Shown here in pieces: positions 1 through 12,255 of a stretch of DNA of 64,000 nucleotides (positions are counted from its first letter, which is position 1; the number at the start of each line of letters is the position of its first letter). The stretch comes from Takakia lepidozioides (Eukaryota; Plantae; Bryophyta), in contig CM060731.1 in NCBI GenBank assembly GCA_030704615.1, positions 62,992,001 through 63,056,000 of the forward strand, written 5' to 3'. The notes beneath the pieces are model-generated. The model ran no database searches. It was not told the DNA's origin and was given only the letters and a program-made list of their open reading frames with translations. The position numbers were made by a program, and so were the translations under genes.

Positions 1-323
1 AGTAAACCCACATGCACCTTAAGGACATTGCACCGTGTTTGTTGGGCCCTTGAGTCTAGAGCTTTGCTCTTTAGGGGTCTGGCAAGTACCAAAGGATCTG
101 TTGTAGATTGCCGCTATGACAAATTCCCCATTTGACCTTCAGCATTTGCTACGCCAGACACTTTTGCAATCACCCACAATCGACTACAATCCAGTTAGAG
201 GGAATTGTGTTAGGTCTGGAATTGGAAGGATTGGAACCAGAAGCATGCAGTTCCAGCACTGCTCCTTCTACTTCTCTGGCTGTGGTAGAACTATGAAGAG
301 AGAGAGAGCCAGAGAATCTACTC

Positions 324-534
324 TGCCGTAGCCTTCTGGCCATAGACTCCGCTGGACGGAAAGAGGGAATAGACACTACCTTTGTGAGGGACTCACTACA
401 GTAGTGCGACTTACCTTGATATTAGTTCGGGCTTTCACGATATCCTCTACAAAACTCTTCACACAAGCATCAATCTGCTCTGTGTGAGATTGTACTCATA
501 AGACATTGTTTGCCGTAGCCTTGTGGCCATTGAC

Positions 535-536
<2 letters not shown>
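324..536 (-). mobile_element. Two adjacent 5'-truncated 3' ends of an RTE/RTEX-like LINE (324-487 and 491-536)
   Basis: 410-487 matches the reverse complement of 38270-38360 (cacacaagcatcaatctg...); both copies share gccgtagcctt(g/c)tggccat with the copies at 7037 and 34371. Confidence 0.75.

Positions 537-565
<29 letters not shown>
537..565. repeat. (GA)n microsatellite
   Basis: Perfect AG dinucleotide run abutting the LINE tail. Confidence 0.95.
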
Positions 566-568
<3 letters not shown>

Positions 569-2829
569 GCAGGCTGAGAAAAACATCGAAGAGTGTTCAC
601 ACCAGAGCCTAAGGGCTTTCACGTGAGAATCAACCTAAATGAGCACACCTAGGGGAACTCCAAAAATCCATCAATCACTCTAAATGAGATCTTCTGGACA
701 GCGAATTTCCAGCCCCACACTATAGTATCCGCTAAATTCTTTCTATCGCCTACAGCACTGTCAGTGGCAGTGCACAGTGTGGCATCCAGATCAGGGCTTT
801 GCTTTTCTCCTGAATGCAACTGGTGGCAGTACAAGCAAGTGTGCCATCGGTTATGACGGGAAGTATGATGGAGGGCACATACCAGACACGTCCTACGAAC
901 ATCTGTCGAACAACCAATGCTCTTCCAATTTACAGAAGCTTACATGTTTTTGGAAAATTCGAAAAAAGTACTCCCCCGTCAAATCCATCCCCAGACACAA
1001 CCCTAAGACTCTGAAGCTCGGAAACACAAAAATGGAGGAATCAATCACGTCATTCAATAACCACCGGCCACATCTGCCTCTAAAGGTTCACCACAGGCCG
1101 TCGTCTACCAGCCACATTCCACAACACCTTCGAATTCAAAATCAGCAAACCAAGAAAAGGACAGATCCAGGAAATGCTCACTTCAGAGCGTTGAAGAGAA
1201 GATAGCAAAGCAGAGCGATATTCAGGCGCTCGCAGTAGGTGGGCACCAACACGCTGTAAAGGCAGTTCGACTCGCGATCCCTGGCGTCCGCCATCCCCTC
1301 CCAATCTCTTCCCTCTCAGGACTTTGAGATTCCCCTACTGAAAATTGCATTGGCATGGGAGAGTGTTTTTGGGCATCTTCAGTGTGCACATGCACATACA
1401 TATACAAAGTACTAGTCTACCTTTTAGAGTCTCTGGATTTCTTCCTAATCGAATCTTTATCGTTTAGAGCGTCGAGGCAGACTGTGCCATTCATAGGGCA
1501 ATTGTAGGGATCAATCAGGGATCTCTGGGGAACCAGGAGTCCTTGACTGTTCATGTCAGGGAACGGACCAGCTATACCACGATGGGCTAATGACAACTTT
1601 CCACCTCATATTCTTGGTTAGGTTGTTAGGGTCCCCCGGAGGAGGAGGGTTGCGCCGGCCAAGGAGGTAGTGCAATACCGAGGCGACGCTCGCGGGCCCG
1701 GGCAGCAAGCTACCGGGTGAGCCCGCACCCGAGAAAAACTAGATTAACGTCATGAGACTTGATGAGTCTCGTATCAGGTATTACACTGGTAAGAACAGAT
1801 ACCATACATAGACTTAGCCGACAGGCCGAGAATGTTTTGAGGAAATACAGACGCCTGGCGTATTATATACCCTGGTGAACACCAAACTTGGACAAACGAT
1901 ATGGGACTAAAATTTCGCACGGCCAATAATTTGTCGCGCCTTGCAAAGGCTATGGCATGGGAAAAATTGCTCGTAAGACCATGCTTCCCGGCTTGTGCAC
2001 AGGTGTACGAGAGATTTCAGCCTTGGAAGCCGTCTCTGGAGGGTTTTCTGAATTACGTGTCTTAGGTACAAGCATACGCACAAAGGTGATGGCAATTGAG
2101 GTGCTGGATTATTCATGACATCCACGTTGAATACTTTGAATCAGACATACTGTTTGTATCTATTCCAAACAGAGTCCCTCATCTCTCTACTTCGATATTT
2201 CAACTCCACACCTCCAACATGCACAGGGAAACTTGCAAATGAGAGATTGCAACTGTGCTCTTAAATTAGCATCTGCAGAGAACAGACCACAAATGAAACA
2301 GAAAAGCATTCAGTTTGATGTTATGAATCTACGATGCACGAAGGTGCTTGCAGACCCATTCCAGTTGCCATCCTCAAACTGGTCCAGGTTTTCATCTACC
2401 ATTCTCCTAAGCAACAGGATAGAACATGGCAGAAAGATCTGATGCCAGAATAACTAATGCTGAGCTTCTTTGTTGACATGGGGTTCACTGCCCTCCTTCA
2501 CCAGGGGTTTCAGTGCCCCATCTAAAATAATAAATATCTCATAAGAAGAAGAATGCATGAGAGTGCGGTATGGTTGAGTCCATGCAGCTGCTGGCTGGTG
2601 CTGTTGTGCAGGGCTCACCAAAGGATGAAGCCTTTGGTGTGATAAGAGATGTAAATCATTATTTTTGTAGACAGCATGTGATGGTATGCAGTTCAGGGGT
2701 GTGAGGTTCTGGGTGTAACTAAAAGGTACAAAAGCAAAGAGGCATGTCTAGATTTGCCAGTGATGAGAGATGATGGGCTCGTTGAACCTTCCATGTGAGT
2801 GGCTATGACCACGGCTTGAGCGCCTTAAA

Positions 2830-3188
2830 AGAAGCTCTGGATCATACTGTGGTAACTTCGATTGCCACGCATCCTGGCCATCCCTTGGTTCTCGTCGGCA
2901 AATCCATGGGATCGAGGTGCACTTCATTTCGTCAGAAAATTCCCAAAAGGCGCACACCAGTGTAGACATAGCACTCAGGCTGTGGGTTTGACAGATGCTG
3001 GCTGACATGAACGCGTGGCAGAGAAATTACTGTAGTCTGTAGATTGGGAGTTGGTCTTGAATGGTCTTGTGGGGGCACCAAAGCCGCCCTTTAATAGGAG
3101 CCATTGTGGGGACAGGGTGAGCTGCATGGTGGCGGGGAAGGAACATACGAATGTGGCAGCGGTGGTGTGTTTGGGTTATCCCCTCAAG
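2830..3188 (+). pseudogene. Two-exon fragment of a KANSL3/TEX30-like alpha/beta hydrolase
   Basis: Exon to 2916 encodes HPGHPLVLVGKSMGSR (GxSxG elbow); GT..AG intron; exon 3116-3188 encodes VSCMVAGKEHTNVAAVVCLGYPLK; no flanking exons found. Confidence 0.8.
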
Positions 3189-3586
3189 GTGCCATTTCTT
3201 TGGCTTCTCTATCCTTTTGCAGAGACTTCTATCCTGGCAGTGTCAGTTCCCACTAAACCTAATGGTCTGGGCACTACGGCCACCAGGGGTACACTGCAAA
3301 AGTGGCCTGGGCTGGAAGTCCTGCAATGTAGCTTAGGGTGGGGCAAATGTCTAAGAGTGAGGAGATACTGGACTGCAGGTATAATAACCCACTAAACTCC
3401 AAATGTATTACTCACTATGTGTTTTGTGTTTGCCTTGGCTCCCAGTCCTGGTGGATTCCAGAACTTTGTGGCGTTAAGATACTTGCATGAAGACGAGAGA
3501 CGACTTGGGAATGTGACAGGGGCAGCAAGCTTTCCGAGGAAGGCTTATAATGCTGCCCTTGGTCTTGTAGACACGCAGATTGAGGT

Positions 3587-6184
3587 TTGGGGATGTTGTT
3601 GATGTGGCTGCCTATGCTAATCGCGATGCGTTTTCCTCTCTCCCTTTCGGTTTTCACTACATCTCCAGCTCCATTGGCAGCAACACATCCTATTCTGTCC
3701 ATCTGGGAGACATTCAAGGGCTCTAAAATGTGGACTCTTGGGTATTGCACAGCTGATAGGCAGACAAGCTCGGGGTCTTATTTCTCATCTCTGGGGTCAT
3801 ACCCCTTACTGGTGGACCGAATGGAGAGTTCAGCTGCCCCAACAAAGGTCACGAAAAGGCAGGCTTACAGGTTGCAAAGACGACAACCAGGAAAGCATGC
3901 CATGGCATACGCCACAACCTGCAGGGTAAGTGCTAAAGATGTTTTGGAGCAGTCCCGCAAAACTGGACATGGACGAAGTGGGGCTTTGCAAAACAAGAAG
4001 AATCTTGATGCAGATAGTAACACACTGAAGAAGATCAACGCAGTCATTCGGAGAAGAAAATGGGGACCAGAGGCAGCAAAGCAGCTTGAGAAGCTCAAGT
4101 TGAAACTCAAGCCAGCTCTTGTTGTTGAAGTGGTGATGCAGCAGAGAGACCTGAATCTGGCAAGAAGCTTCTTCAACTGGGCGGGGCAGCAAGAAGGTTA
4201 CAGCCATAACATTCGGACATACACTCTCATGATCAAGAGACTGGCGGGGGCCAGAGAACCCCAGGCAGTGGAGCAGTTGCTGGATAAAATGTGGAAAGAA
4301 GGCTGTAAAATTACGCCCAGAACAATTACTATGCTTCTTCGGACCTATGGAGGTGCAAAGATTCTCCACGCAGCTCTTGAGATTTTTAACCGGATGAAGG
4401 CTTTTGGCTGCCCACCATGTATAAACGTGTGTAATTGTCTGATTGACCTACTTTTGAAGGGGGGCTTTCATTACACAGCCATTCTAATCTATCAGCAAAT
4501 GGACCACATTGGTGTTGTGTCAGACATACGAACATTCCGGATTCTTGTCAATGGATTCCATAGGGCAGGAAGGCTTGATTTGGGCACCATGATGCTGCAG
4601 GAAATGATGCAGAGGGGTTACAACCCTGGGGTTTTTTCTTACACTAGTATGATCGATGCCCTTGCTAAGGCAGGTAGTGTTGAGGCAGCTTGCAAACTTT
4701 TTAAGGAAATGCAGGTGATGGGATGTCGCCCTAATGTGGTTACCTATACTGCTGTTGTGAATGCTCTTTGCAAGAACGGTCAGCTGGAGGAGGCGTGCGA
4801 GTTGTTTCTGGAAATGACAGGCAACAACTCATTTCCTGATGCCATAGCATACAACACCCTTATCAATGGAGTAGGCAAGGCTGGTGAGGCAGATATGGCC
4901 TATGGGCTGTTCAAAGAAATGAAGGAGAAGGGATTGAAACCAAATTTGTGCACCTTCAACATTCTGATAGCAGTGCTTGGAAAGGCTGGGAGACTGTCTG
5001 AGGTTTGGCAGCTTTTTAAAGAGATGAAAGAGGGATCTTTCCCAGATATTGTTACATATAATACTCTGATTGATGTCCTTGGTAAGGGGGGCCAAATGGA
5101 TAAGGTCTTTGTGGTTGTCCGAGAAATGGTTGAGACAGGAACTGGTTCAAATGCTGGGTTTGATGCCACCATTACTGGTGAATCGGGTAAGGGTGCAGGT
5201 TCAAGGAATCCTCTGGACCTGAGTGACAGGCTAAAATCTCTCGACGTGATCACATACAACACCTTGTTGGCTGCTTTCATGCAAAACGGCGATATTAAGG
5301 AGGCGCTTGAACTTCATGATGTGATGAAGGGACAAGAGTGTATGCCCACTGTGGTTACGTACACCACTCTCATCAATGGTTTAGGTAAGGTAGGCAGGAT
5401 TGAGGAGGCCATCAATCTTTTGCGTGAGATGGAGCGACAAGGCTGTGCCCCCACTGTGGTTACTTACAGCACTCTCATGGACAGTCTTTTCAAGCTAGGG
5501 AAAGCAGATGAGGCTTTGAAGCTCCATGATGAAATGCAAGAAAAGGGGTATAGTCCAGATCTAGCATTATACTCTATCCTTATCGATGGCCTAGGGAGGG
5601 CTGGCAGATTCGATAAAGCCCTTGATTTTATCGGAAAAATGAAAGAAAGAGGATGGATACCATTGACAGTTACATTGAAGACTCTCATTGACTTGCTTGG
5701 CAAGAACTTGCAGGTGGACAAAGCTTACCAGCTTGTTCAAGAAATGTCTGAGAAGGGTTGGGTCCGGGACACCTTTACATACAATCTCTTAATCAATGGA
5801 CTCATCAAGGTTGACAGAGTGAATGAGGCTTACAAACTCTTGGATGAAATGAAAGGGAATGGTTTGACTCCTGATGTTATTACATACACCTCACTCGTTA
5901 ATGGCCTGGGAAAGGCAGGGAAACTTGAAGAGGCTTGTGATCTTTTCGCAGAAAAGGAAGGATGGGGCTGTGACCTGGATGCAGTTGCCTACACTACTCT
6001 CATAGATGTGCTTTGGAAGGCAGGTGAAGTGGACAAAGCACTGAAGATTTTTCAGGGAATGAATCAGAGAGGCTGTGCTCCAGATTTGGTGACCTACAGC
6101 ACCTTAATTGATGCTCTTGGAAAGAAAGGTAGAGTTCAGGAAGCCTATCAGCTTTTCGAAGAATCCAAAGGCCTGAAGTCATGA
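3587..6184 (+). CDS. P-class pentatricopeptide repeat protein (likely start ATG 3821)
   Basis: Intact intronless ORF; FFNWAGQQEGYSHN pre-PPR motif followed by roughly 17-18 tandem 35-aa repeats (VVTYTTLINGLGKVGRIEEAINLLREMERQGCAP type). Confidence 0.93.
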   Translation: MGMLLMWLPMLIAMRFPLSLSVFTTSPAPLAATHPILSIWETFKGSKMWTLGYCTADRQTSSGSYFSSLGSYPLLVDRMESSAAPTKVTKRQAYRLQRRQPGKHAMAYATTCRVSAKDVLEQSRKTGHGRSGALQNKKNLDADSNTLKKINAVIRRRKWGPEAAKQLEKLKLKLKPALVVEVVMQQRDLNLARSFFNWAGQQEGYSHNIRTYTLMIKRLAGAREPQAVEQLLDKMWKEGCKITPRTITMLLRTYGGAKILHAALEIFNRMKAFGCPPCINVCNCLIDLLLKGGFHYTAILIYQQMDHIGVVSDIRTFRILVNGFHRAGRLDLGTMMLQEMMQRGYNPGVFSYTSMIDALAKAGSVEAACKLFKEMQVMGCRPNVVTYTAVVNALCKNGQLEEACELFLEMTGNNSFPDAIAYNTLINGVGKAGEADMAYGLFKEMKEKGLKPNLCTFNILIAVLGKAGRLSEVWQLFKEMKEGSFPDIVTYNTLIDVLGKGGQMDKVFVVVREMVETGTGSNAGFDATITGESGKGAGSRNPLDLSDRLKSLDVITYNTLLAAFMQNGDIKEALELHDVMKGQECMPTVVTYTTLINGLGKVGRIEEAINLLREMERQGCAPTVVTYSTLMDSLFKLGKADEALKLHDEMQEKGYSPDLALYSILIDGLGRAGRFDKALDFIGKMKERGWIPLTVTLKTLIDLLGKNLQVDKAYQLVQEMSEKGWVRDTFTYNLLINGLIKVDRVNEAYKLLDEMKGNGLTPDVITYTSLVNGLGKAGKLEEACDLFAEKEGWGCDLDAVAYTTLIDVLWKAGEVDKALKIFQGMNQRGCAPDLVTYSTLIDALGKKGRVQEAYQLFEESKGLKS

Positions 6185-6410
6185 GAGTGCGCAGATGGCA
6201 CGTGTGCAGTTATTGAGACCACGAGCAGCTAAGCTGGGTTTAGGTAGGTACACATTTCACCTCTGCTGCTTGCAGTACTTTCTAATGCCTGCCATGAAAA
6301 TATTAAAGAAATATACTCGTCAGAAGTATCAAGTTACTTGTACTCTAACCCCTAAACAGTGTAGCCAGCTAGTTTATTTGGAAATCACTCGCCTGGAAAA
6401 AAAAACTTTT

Positions 6411-6475
6411 GGTGTCGAGCCCAGTGGTTAAGGCAACTGTTGCCATGCTGAAGGTGGTCCAGAGTTCAAATCAAA
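6411..6475 (+). mobile_element. tRNA-derived SINE head / tRNA-like remnant in the DPM1 intron
   Basis: A-box-like agcccagtggttaaggc and B-box-like gagttcaaatc with Pol III spacing; no intact cloverleaf. Confidence 0.5.
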
Positions 6476-6660
6476 CCCTGATATACATATGTTGGAGGTT
6501 ATGCTAGGTGTCCATTCAGCCTGAGGCAGCCCCTAATGTCTAGAAGGCTTTCAAGTCTCTAGAGGAGGAACTGGGCATACAAAATACTGTAGTTGTAGTG
6601 TACTCGCTGATAGATCGTGCACACCTCTAACAATAGGCAGTAGCCGTTATATGAATCTGA

Positions 6661-6864
<204 letters not shown>

Positions 6865-7015
6865 TAGGTCACACAAAGTCAACGTGATGGTACAGTGTTG
6901 TCGATGAGCACTATAGTGATTATCGAGATAGGAGTGTTTCTGGGTAGGTCAATAGTCAGTTGCTGCTTACAGGAGAGAAGAGGGCTCGGACCATTCCCTG
7001 CAAATGTGGGCATAG

Positions 7016-7243
<228 letters not shown>

Positions 7244-8265
7244 TAGTATTTGGTCCTAGGAGTACTTGACTTAAGGACAAGAACCCATACAAGCCCATGA
7301 ATCCATATCTAACTGTGGTGGTTCACAAGGAATACCATTAGCATCCTTTGTTCAAGAGCTCAGGAAGGAGAATTCAGAAGGTATGGATCATCTGCTTCAT
7401 GTGGTGATCAGACAGACACTCACTCACCTGCTTCATGTCAGACAAGTTTTTGGCTGATGGCAAATTCCTTTTAGACAGTGATAGTTACAAGGACTGCGGA
7501 ATGTCCCGGCCTTTTCATGCGGGAACCGGAGGCCTGATGTATGTGCGTGGGCAGGCACACTTTGTGCAGACGAAATTGGTCTCTTCATTCAGTACAAACG
7601 AGAAAACCAACAAGTGAGATTAGGTGCTGCCAAGATGAGATATCCACTACAACTAGTGTAGGTAGTCAGATCTATTTCAGAACAATTGCTGTGAAGTTGA
7701 CTTGCAGCAAAGGGGCTGCCTTCTCCTAGTTTTCTGGGCACAATCTTTCTTTGCCTGGTTCAAGATTGTGTGATATGGAATCCATCAAGTTCAAGGGTCA
7801 ACAATATATTTTCAGCTGCTTTAGTGCCAAGATTGAGTTTGGCATTCTGACAGAAAGATGTTTGAGTCCATATTCTATAAGTGAGCCATTGGTGTCATCT
7901 ATGGAATTTGCGTACCGCAGTGCAGCTTAGGGCAGCTTAGAGCAAGCAGAGATTTTGGTTCAGGGTAAGTCAACAACACCTTTGTTCCTTGTCTGAGCAT
8001 TTTGTCTATGTTAACAAAGGAGATTTCCTTTGGTTTAGTTCGCATGACATCAGTGTCTCTCAATTCAGGAGTTATGGTGCTTTTTAAGTGGGAAATGACA
8101 CTTTGGTTCAAACAATGTCACCGAGACTGATACTCAGTTAGGTGGCTGCAAATCTTCACTAAAGGCAATGGAGAACGAGATGACTGTTGAACAGCGAAAA
8201 TAACTGAGGCTCAAAAAGCTTCAGTGAATGATAACAAGCACTGAACAACATCACACATATTTTAC

Positions 8266-8657
8266 CAGCTTTCCGAAGGAGTAGAAGTCATTGCTCCCTA
8301 AAATTGTAATCTCCAAACCTACAGCAACAGCCTTCTCTCAGTGCCCCATGTGCAACATCTGACGTCGCAAGTGCAGACCCCTAGACAGCAATATTCAGAG
8401 CACATACAAGAATGCAGATTCACAAATCAAATGCAGCTTCAAAGGAGGGACAGAGTGGGGAAGAGCCTCTCCTAATTATCCAATTGAGCCCATTCAAAGG
8501 GATGAAGGCATGAAAATCAACTGCAGAAAAGACCAACCTTGGAGATGCAGCTTCAACAATGAATCACGGCAGTCACTCTTAGCATCTTGAAGCACAGCTT
8601 TGGATGCCGCCACAGCCAGTTGCACTGCTTGCTCCACAAAAAGATTGCCATCACCAC
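8266..8657 (-). pseudogene. PMK: Two-exon fragment of phosphomevalonate kinase
   Basis: Exon ~8657-8538 NLFVEQAVQLAVAASKAVLQDAKSDCRDSLLKLHLQ, phase-1 GT-AG intron, exon 8318-8266 GLEITILGSNDFYSFGKL; matches the plant PMK segment NPFVE..LQGLDITILGSNDFYS. Confidence 0.8.
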
Positions 8658-9532
8658 ATCAATGGCGTCACTTCTATGGGTAATGTGTTTATATTATTAT
8701 TTAAGGAAAAACAAAAGCAAGTTTGGGCCTTCAAAACAAGATTTTGGTTTCGTTCACTAAACATTCCAATACGACAAAAGCGCTGTCAACCCTGCAGTCA
8801 ACTGTGCAGTGTGGTTGACAGGTTTGAGACACGCACTAGTCAGCGTACTGTCAGAGTATCGACTGATCCAGCTCTGCAGGTGAGTGTGTCTCTGCGAACT
8901 CCATCAAAGATCCTCACTCCACAGTATCCTCACACTTCCAGAAATGACATCGTATGTTCAGGTCACCGCATGGTGTGGATCACTCTCTCAGAGGTGCCAA
9001 CATTACTGCGTTCCTTCGCTAGCTAGACTCGGACCTACTTTGAAGATCCTCTGTGAGAACCTGATAATTTTGCTGGGGTATCCGCTGGAAGGCTAGAATG
9101 GCCAGGCCCACCGACCTTAGAGCTGCCTGGGGGCTTTGGGCTCTCTCCTACTTCCTACTTTGGTGGACTCTGCGCGCAGGGCCCACTTGAAAAAGCAAAC
9201 TAGAAACCGAGGACCCCCTGCTGATCGAAGGTAGAGGTAGGACCGGCGGTGAATACAACATACAAGTCGGTCTACAGGGGTCAACACCATCTTTGCAACC
9301 GACGCCTTTCGATCCACACGGTGGGGTCCGTGGGAGTCTACCGGATCCGTCCGACTGAAGAAATATCAAGTACGACAGAAACACATTTGTACAAGACGCG
9401 TCGATTTTCCGTCACCTATAGTCTATTCCGATAGAAAAGGTGAGGACCCACGCTCAAGTTGACGCTGCGTCGTAGAAGAATCAACGCTGCAGTCAACTGT
9501 GCCACACATGTATTGCAGTACACTACACTCTG

Positions 9533-9539
9533 TATATAA
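9533..9539 (+). promoter_or_regulatory. Putative TATA box of the FAH gene
   Basis: TATATAA followed by a pyrimidine-rich stretch, ~400 bp upstream of the FAH ATG. Confidence 0.35.
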
Positions 9540-9930
9540 GCTCTCACAGTCTCCATCTCAGCAGCTCCCTGTCTCTACGCGACCTCGTATTAAAAGCTTC
9601 CATCAAACATCTTGACTCCACAATATCCTTTACACTTGCAGAAACTGTAGCTGCACTCAGCTGATCAGTGAATAGTGTGGATCTATCCCCAGATTACAGC
9701 AGCGCTGCTTCGATAGTCCGCTAGAGAGGAGAGGCACAGTTCGCGAGGAAGTATCAACCCATCGCTAGTACTGAGCCAGCTTCAAAATTTTACAACACCT
9801 GTATGTATACTGCAATTTATTAGGCGGAAGGGACCCTTATAATACACAGTAGTTAAGCAGCAAGACTGTAGGTACAATAGGTGGACTACATCACAAAGCA
9901 TCAGTTCGATTTCCAAACTTGGGAGGGAGC

Positions 9931-12255
9931 ATGGCTTCTGGAATAACCGGCAAGCAGCAAGTTGGAGCCCTGCAACATGGCGGCCCCGAGTCTAAGAAGT
10001 TCACGGTGGACCTGAGCAAGCCCATTGTTTTCCAGGTTAGACTTCAAACCGTAATTTGCAGACCCTGAGCACCTAATGTGGATGGGTTAAACCATTGAAT
10101 CCTGACATCTTTGCTGGATTATCCACTGTAGTATGACAACCGACTTCATCCGATGTCGTGGATCTTGGGTGCTGATGGTGGGTTGGAGCTGATCTTCTGT
10201 CTATATATGTAAAGATAGCCTCAAGTGAGTGAAGAATTTTTGTATGTACTTTTTCAGGTTGGCCATCTCGGAGAAGAATATGACGACTGGGTGCACCAGG
10301 CGATACCTCGTAAGGAGACCCCTCGTTTTTTCGAGAACAATATCCTTGAGGTATGGACTGGTTTACCAAAAAAGTTCCATAGCAATGGAAATACAGTGCA
10401 TCTAATTTAGCACTTGCAGCGTGTTCATCCGTTCTGTACTAAAGCCCGACAGCCATTTTCAGCATGCAGGCCTGCATGTGCGTGAGGATTGCTCCTAGAC
10501 TTCTCAGTCAGAGTCCGTCGAAGTATTATCATGTAGCAGCACAACCTTGAGGATGATATTATTGTTTGCCCTCATTACTGCTGTTTTCTATCCATGTTAC
10601 TGAAGGTGCTAGTTTTGATTGATGCAGTTTGATTGACTCGTACAAAATGGTGGCTCATCCCAACGATATGGGTGCCAGTTGTGATGTGGACACAAACGCG
10701 AGCATTGGCCGATGGGCTGCCCGCCCAGTTCATTGTACCGTCATTCATGTCAGGGGTTTTGTTGTGGACGTTATTTGAGTACTGCATTCACCGTTTTGCT
10801 TTCCACATAAAGGTTTCAAGCTATTGGTGAGAACTGTTCTTTCTAGATGCCAAATCTCCATACGTAGTCTGCTGAAGATGGTAGACAATTTGATTTTCTA
10901 GATGGGGTCTTGGGGTCACTAACGACCATCGAGAAACCATCTGAACAGACGCGACTAACTACTTGCATGAGTATAGTAGGTGCGTATATCCGCAAAGCGA
11001 CTTACGCATTTGAAACCTGGATAAAGAGAGAGATCTAATTTATGGACGCATTTCTCATACACACGCCAGATCACGGTCTCATCACGTCACGGTGCGAGAG
11101 ACTTATAATAGATCACCCCTTGCCGAGATGTTTGTATATACAGAGTGTACCATCTCTCTTATCTGGAACAGGGCGATCACATTTCATTATCTTATCCATG
11201 GATTCCACCACAAGCACCCAATGGACGCAGATCGACTTGTATTTCCTCCATTGTTTACCTTCATCATCGCTTTTCCTGTAAGTATATGAATTCCACAACG
11301 TAACCTCTCAAGCGATGTCGCCAGAATTGCAAACTTCCATCCCATGGTATACTTGATAGAAATCTAGAGATTATATTCCTAGACAAGGAGGGACAGGAAG
11401 AGAGCTAGATGCACCAGCGGGACGGAAAGGATTATGCACAAGTCGACTAGCATGGCGTACCTTATAAACTAGTCACCGAATGTACTAAATCACCTAAGAC
11501 GTAAATGGCAGCAGCATTGAGATGATAGCAGCAGTACTGCTACTTCCAGAAATGCTAGAGCTCTATCATGCTTATGCCGATGACTCATTCTTAAATCTTT
11601 CTCCCCCAACATTGTGCAGCTGTGGCATATAGGTGCCCTCCTGATTCCCCGCGGTGTGGCTCCTTCGTTGTCTGGAGGGGTGTTATTTGGGTACATTGCG
11701 TACGACCTTACCCATTTCTTCCTTCATTACGGAGCTGCATTCACGAAGCAGCTGTACGAGATGAAGGTATGGTCCAGTCCTTCAGCTGCCACTAGTCTGA
11801 ATTTCAAATAGGCTCGTTGAATGCTTGACAGTTACCATGAGGATAGCTTAATCAATTGAAAAGCGCCTGGCTGAAACAGTGGCGACAAGTCGTCACGAAC
11901 GTTGAGATCGCTGAAATCTCGCTCTCCTCAAGCGATCCACCACAAGACATTTTGGTGTTTTCATTGTTCCATCCTAGAGTCCAGTTTTTGCAATTTAGTG
12001 AACACACTTGTTGCGTCACATGAAATTGAAAGTTTCTGCTTCTTGATGCAGAAACTCCACTCGGACCACCATTTCAAGAACAAGATGCACAACTACAGTT
12101 TCGGTGTCACAAGTACTTTGTGGGACAAGGTGTTTGGTACTCTGCCACCCACCAAGCAGGGCTCGAAAAAGGCCGAGGAAGTTCGCCAAGCGAAAGTGTA
12201 CGATGAACAACACAACAAGAGCATCCATGATAGTCGCACTCGTCAAGCAAGCTAA
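9931..12255 (+). CDS. FAH: Sphingolipid fatty acid 2-hydroxylase; exons 9931-10035, 10258-10350, ~10628-10827, 11172-11277, 11620-11766, 12052-12255; possible frameshift at start of exon 3
   Basis: [79 protein letters not shown] histidine-box motifs; GT-AG introns. Confidence 0.9.

Larger units (their letters stand above)
1..1200 (-). mobile_element. Degraded L1-type LINE ORF2 fragment (post-RT region)
   Basis: Minus-strand translation gives FRVLGLCLG (YLG-type motif, ~1000) then IGRALVVRQMFVGRVWY (~880-930), typical of L1 ORF2 downstream of RT; many stops; boundaries approximate. Confidence 0.5.

Noticed and set aside
1630-1665. HDV-like ribozyme on the minus strand (ggccggc...cctcctc)
   Set aside because: No 3' P1 partner or P2/P4 arrangement downstream
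1754-1790. Hammerhead ribozyme (tgatgag core)
   Set aside because: Core reads TTGATGAG within a simple hairpin, with no downstream GAAA or stem III
3830-5721. Antisense ORFs over the PPR gene (and similar ones over pol and transposase genes)
   Set aside because: Shadow frames of real coding sequence
3587-6184. PPR nested in an intron of a functional DPM1 gene
   Set aside because: No upstream DPM1 exons (PTYNE, VDDGSPDGT) found in the window, and the middle exons are also missing
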